Assembly (NCBI GenBank): GCA_027001645.1
Contig: JALTMP010000185.1
Coordinates: 1 to 57,911 of the forward strand
Direction: 5' to 3'
DNA: 57,911 nucleotides
From: Candidatus Heimdallarchaeota archaeon
GTDB taxonomy: Archaea > Asgardarchaeota > Heimdallarchaeia > Heimdallarchaeales > JAJRWK01
In this document: piece by piece, positions 54,117 to 57,911 of the stretch
Position numbering within the stretch: the first letter of the stretch is position 1
How the letters are laid out: the number at the start of each line of letters is the position of its first letter
The notes under the pieces: generated by a model
What the model was told of the DNA's origin: nothing
The model's database searches: none
The model's input: only the letters and a program-made list of their open reading frames with translations
Program-made: the position numbers and the translations under genes

Positions 54117-55679
54117 CTATTTTTTCCTTCGTCTTTCAAAGATTTTTTTGCCCTGCTCAGTCAACTCATTCATTGAGTATGAAACCGTTTTTTCCCTAGA
54201 ACTGTCATAAATAAAGACGGTCTTGACCAAATCACTCATCTCTATAGTTCTTAGAAATAACGCTGCATGTGATATCTCTTCTCCTTTCATTCTCTCCAAT
54301 AACACGGGGAAATTTCGCATACTAGGGGTAACTATGTTGGCCATAGATATCCTACCATTAGGGTCAGTAATGAGGTGGTATGTAAGCAATCCTCCCGGGG
54401 CTTCAACTATTCCGAGAGATTGTCTTGATCGCTCAAGAGATCCCGGCTCCTCAGACTCATAATTTGATGGAATCTCAAAATTACCCGGAAATTGGCTTGG
54501 GATGATTTCCAGCAGAGCCTGCAAAAGAAGAACAGAGTTTTCTGTTTCTTTCGCTCTTACCTTTACCAAACCAGCAACATCGTTCTCATTACTCACTGCT
54601 ATTCTTATTGGGAGCTTGTCGTAACCCTCGTGTTCAAGTATCTGCCTCATGTCCATTTTCTGCCCCAAAGCTCTAGCGATTGGACCGACAGGGTCAAAAG
54701 AATCAATTTTCTCTCGCTCTAGCTTCCCTATTTCTTCCACCAACTGTATGACTTGTTGATAGGAAGGGTCTTCAAACAGCTCGTGGATTTTCGTCTCTAA
54801 CTCTTCCATGTACTGTGTTAGCTTGATTCTCATTTTTTTGGGCAAATCAAACATCGACGGTGAAAAAAGAGATCTACTCTTAGAAAGTCCTAGCCTATTC
54901 AAATCGCTGACTTTTAGAGACAACTCATTTCTAACATTAAATGCTTTTTTGAGAAACTCAGGAATACCAACAAAATCTGCGATCATCCCTATCCATAATA
55001 GGTGTCTTGCTATTCTCTCCAGTTCTAAGAAGAATACGCGAAATAAGGTCATGCCTTCGGATGGTTCTCTAAGAGGCGCGATTTTTTCAAGTGCTTTTGT
55101 ATAAGCTAACTGGTGAGAAAACGGACAAAGGGTGATCATAGAGCCCAATCTGTGGGGAATCTCTGCCCACCCATATCTCCTAATACGAGCTTCGATCTTG
55201 TAATAAACTGAACCCAAGTAAACCCTAGCATCCTCAACAATTCCCTCATTTGCAATGAGCCAAAAAGCGAAGAAATTACTGCCATCCTTCTCCTCAATAT
55301 CGTTTGTTACAACATATGAATGAGCAACTTTCTTAAAGCGCAAGTCACTGGCGAACTCTGCTTTTCTTTCAAGGATTTCACTGGATGGATACACGGAATT
55401 GATTGATCTGAACATGATCCTATTCACAGGAATTACAACTTTCACAGTTTTTCGATTTTCTAAGCCTGGAACGAGAAAGACGTAATATAGTATAGAGTCA
55501 AATTTTCCATATGTTATATCCAAAATCCTAGACCCTGGTTTTTGTCTAAAGAATTTTGCAAGATAGTAAAGCTTCTCGGGCTCGGTATGGATTACCCATG
55601 TGTCATCATTTTCCCCTTGAATATCCTTGACACCTATTGAATTCATGACTTCAATAAAATTACTCTCTTCCATGAACAT
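54117..55679 (-). CDS. NuoC-NuoD fusion-like protein (group-4 hydrogenase large-subunit homologue) lacking all NiFe cysteine ligands
   Basis: The N-terminal NuoC-like segment is VKVVIPVNR...SINSVYPSSEILERKAEF. NuoD/HycE-like blocks are FLELERIARHLLWIG, VGPIARALG, GIVEAPGGLLTYHL and IVTPSMRNFPVLLERMKGEEIS. The L1 position reads TLCPFSHQLAY, with a single Cys. The C-terminus has no Cys. Confidence 0.65.
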   Translation of the reverse strand: MFMEESNFIEVMNSIGVKDIQGENDDTWVIHTEPEKLYYLAKFFRQKPGSRILDITYGKFDSILYYVFLVPGLENRKTVKVVIPVNRIMFRSINSVYPSSEILERKAEFASDLRFKKVAHSYVVTNDIEEKDGSNFFAFWLIANEGIVEDARVYLGSVYYKIEARIRRYGWAEIPHRLGSMITLCPFSHQLAYTKALEKIAPLREPSEGMTLFRVFFLELERIARHLLWIGMIADFVGIPEFLKKAFNVRNELSLKVSDLNRLGLSKSRSLFSPSMFDLPKKMRIKLTQYMEELETKIHELFEDPSYQQVIQLVEEIGKLEREKIDSFDPVGPIARALGQKMDMRQILEHEGYDKLPIRIAVSNENDVAGLVKVRAKETENSVLLLQALLEIIPSQFPGNFEIPSNYESEEPGSLERSRQSLGIVEAPGGLLTYHLITDPNGRISMANIVTPSMRNFPVLLERMKGEEISHAALFLRTIEMSDLVKTVFIYDSSREKTVSYSMNELTEQGKKIFERRRKK

Positions 55680-55763
55680 GTAATAACGTAAAAACCAGCT
55701 TTAATGAGTTATTTCAAACGTTTATCGAGGTGCATAACAATTTAATTCTTGATTTACCTGATC

Positions 55764-56672
55764 TTATTCTTTGATTAATGCCGGAGAAAACGCATTAATC
55801 AGCTCTGCCAACTCTTCTGGGAAATCAACGGTTAGGTGGTGCGATGCACGAGGGAATTTACGGTACACCCCAAAAGGAAGTGTTTGAGCAACTTTCATTA
55901 CAAGAGACGGTGGGGTTACAATATCCAAGGTGCCTCCGCCAACCAATGCTGGAATATAAAGTGTTCTAGCAATCTCTCGTCCATCCCACCTAAGAACTAT
56001 GTTCTCATAAGTTGATTTCATAACATGTGGTGGTGTTTGGAGGGCTACCTCTGCAACTCTTCTCTTAAGCCATTGATCAGTATTGGGGGCGTTCCACAAT
56101 GCAACATAGGCTTTCAAGAGTGCCTCCTTTGAAAGAGAGAGAAATTCATCAGGTAAGAGTTTTGTTATGAAAGGGGGGAGTTTTTGCCAGAATCGGAGGG
56201 CTGTGCTTAGCAAGACCATTCCGGTTATCTTGTCTTTGTTTTGAGAGGCAAAGTTCAGTGCTATCGCCCCTCCCATGCTATGCCCTGCAATAATAAATTT
56301 ATCAAGACCTAATTCATGAAGCAACAAATCTATGTAATGGGAAAATAATTCATAGTCGTAAGAAATGTCTTCGGGAGCGTCGCTAACTCCGTGCCCCGGT
56401 AAATCTGGGCACACAACTCGAAATCCATAAAATGCCAGTTTCTGGGCGACTAATCCCCAGATCTTCCCACCTGATGACCATCCGTGGATCATCAGTATGT
56501 CTGCAATCGGCCCGCTTCTTGGTTCTAGTATTCCAACTCTCATTTTTCCCGCGTGGGCGTCGATAGTAACCATCCTATCCCACGTTACAAGTTCTGGAAT
56601 TACTTCGTCTGAGGGCCCGATTATTGCATTGTACCCGTTTTTTTCCATCAAATATTTTACGCGCATAAACAT
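55764..56672 (-). CDS. Alpha/beta-fold hydrolase
   Basis: IHGWSSGG is the oxyanion region. IIAGHSMGGAIAL is the GxSxG nucleophile elbow. A C-terminal ASHHL His is present. Confidence 0.8.
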   Translation of the reverse strand: MFMRVKYLMEKNGYNAIIGPSDEVIPELVTWDRMVTIDAHAGKMRVGILEPRSGPIADILMIHGWSSGGKIWGLVAQKLAFYGFRVVCPDLPGHGVSDAPEDISYDYELFSHYIDLLLHELGLDKFIIAGHSMGGAIALNFASQNKDKITGMVLLSTALRFWQKLPPFITKLLPDEFLSLSKEALLKAYVALWNAPNTDQWLKRRVAEVALQTPPHVMKSTYENIVLRWDGREIARTLYIPALVGGGTLDIVTPPSLVMKVAQTLPFGVYRKFPRASHHLTVDFPEELAELINAFSPALIKE

Positions 56673-56763
56673 ATGAAAACATTAGGTTATACAGAAGATT
56701 ATTCAAAAAATAGAGTGAGTAAAAACAAGGATACAAGCCGAAGGTGAGGGGGAACTGTTCATT

Positions 56764-57911
56764 CTACGTTTGGAAACGAATACGGGTTGCCAAAACTAAG
56801 CTAATCCGAATTGCGTTTCTGATTGCTTGGTACACACCAACCCCTAGCCCCGCGATAAGTACTGCGATTGTAGTTGCGTAGGATTTTGGCGAGATATAGG
56901 TTCTTATCGTCATAAACCCTGAAATAACCTCTTCATTTATCCATTCTGTTGCAAATCTTCCGACGGGAAACTCTAGTATTATTGCAAGCAAAGCAAGGAT
57001 ACTGACTTGTAACAAGATCATCTTTCCGATGACACTTCGTGTAGCTCCGTTAACTCTCAGATTTATGATTTCCCGATCTCGTTCAAGTATATCTAACGTT
57101 ATAGTGTTGATGGAGAAAAGTACGAGGATTATAAACCCAATGAACATCACCATGAAATTCACTCCAACAATCCCCTGCATAAGGGTTTCAAAGGATTTTC
57201 TTGACTGGTCAAGATTGAAGATCGAGGTTATAGGAAGTTGGCTATCTCTTAAATCCTTCTTGATTTGTTTGATATCACCGTTTGTCCTGATGGCGAAGGC
57301 AGTAACGTTATCATTCAAGTCGAATATGTTCTGTGCTGTTGTCAGAGTGGTGAAGACCTCTAAGTCGATTAGTTCTGCCAAAATACCGCTTACTTTAACG
57401 GTCTTCTTGATGAATTGACTTTCACCGAATCCTCTTCCAATTATTGTTATCGTGTCTCCAATTGATATGCTCAATTCTGATGCAATTCTTTTTCCTATCA
57501 ACACCTCCCCTTCTTCCAATTTTCCATCCTTAACTCCAAAATGGCGCAGGTTAGAATTTTGAAGATATCCAGTTAGAAAAGTTGATTCATTCTTTTGGTT
57601 TGCTTGCACCGTTATTGCCTGTCGAATTATTGGTTCCGCATCTTTTATTCCCGAAATCTGAGAGATTATACTTGCCCCGATCACGGGACTGATGGGTGTT
57701 GCAAGATACGCCTCAAGGTTGTATTGATAGTATTCGTCGTAGTAAATGTCAATTTGGCTATATATAGAGTCTGTGAATCCGAGGGAAGTTATTACAATTA
57801 AGCTTGACAAAACTATGGTGAAAATGGTTAGGGAAGATCTCTTTTTTCTTCCGATTACTTGTCTTACTGGGATCTTATTGGTAATCTTATGTTTTCTTGA
57901 AAGTCGTTCGA
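56764..57911 (-). CDS. ABC-transporter permease, FtsX/MacB-like, 5' end cut by window edge
   Basis: The frame stays open upstream of the ORF-track TTG (57810) to the window end (...ERLSRKHKITNKIPVRQVIGRKKRSSLTIFTIVLSS...), which is the typical MacB/FtsX N-terminus plus TM1. A large extracytoplasmic domain follows. The C-terminal FtsX 3-TM bundle is NLRVNGATRSVIGKMILLQV... Confidence 0.75.
   Translation of the reverse strand, partial: ERLSRKHKITNKIPVRQVIGRKKRSSLTIFTIVLSSLIVITSLGFTDSIYSQIDIYYDEYYQYNLEAYLATPISPVIGASIISQISGIKDAEPIIRQAITVQANQKNESTFLTGYLQNSNLRHFGVKDGKLEEGEVLIGKRIASELSISIGDTITIIGRGFGESQFIKKTVKVSGILAELIDLEVFTTLTTAQNIFDLNDNVTAFAIRTNGDIKQIKKDLRDSQLPITSIFNLDQSRKSFETLMQGIVGVNFMVMFIGFIILVLFSINTITLDILERDREIINLRVNGATRSVIGKMILLQVSILALLAIILEFPVGRFATEWINEEVISGFMTIRTYISPKSYATTIAVLIAGLGVGVYQAIRNAIRISLVLATRIRFQT

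Overview
This is an archaeal chromosomal segment, AT-rich by eye, with no rRNA, CRISPR array or recognisable mobile element. It carries archaeal information-processing genes: EF-1alpha, aIF5A, uS10, TFE, PolD small subunit, GatD/GatE, an Lhr-type helicase and tRNA-Leu. Central and C1 metabolism is represented by PPDK, PGI/PMI, GcvT and GlyA. Two genes look like eukaryotic signature proteins: a ubiquitin homologue with a GG+3 tail, and a Cys-less UEV/E2-variant domain fused to a coiled coil. Together these suggest an Asgard-type archaeon, which is an inference.

The most unusual content is redox machinery.
1. A tightly packed operon runs short HdrA paralogue, full HdrA, MvhD, MvhG, MvhA, then a QmoC-like subunit (HdrC-like Fe-S domain fused to a membrane domain). 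It has no HdrBC and is followed by hypC-hypA.
2. A convergent operon pairs a NuoC-NuoD fusion that has lost all NiFe cysteine ligands with a hydrogenase maturation endopeptidase.
3. An orphan NuoC/NuoD pair retains exactly half of the NiFe ligand cysteines.

Other notable items:
- Two separate AAA+/VWA modules, one of them with an alpha-crystallin-like third gene.
- A 728-aa TrmB-type HTH protein with a very long coiled-coil insert.
- A 1660-aa pyrolysin-like S8 protease with a GC-rich leader hairpin.
- A decayed pyroglutamyl-peptidase pseudogene that the ORF track misses.

Several ORF-track starts are alternative (TTG/GTG) codons. Where a nearby ATG with a GGAGG-like Shine-Dalgarno fits better, I give the shorter coordinates.
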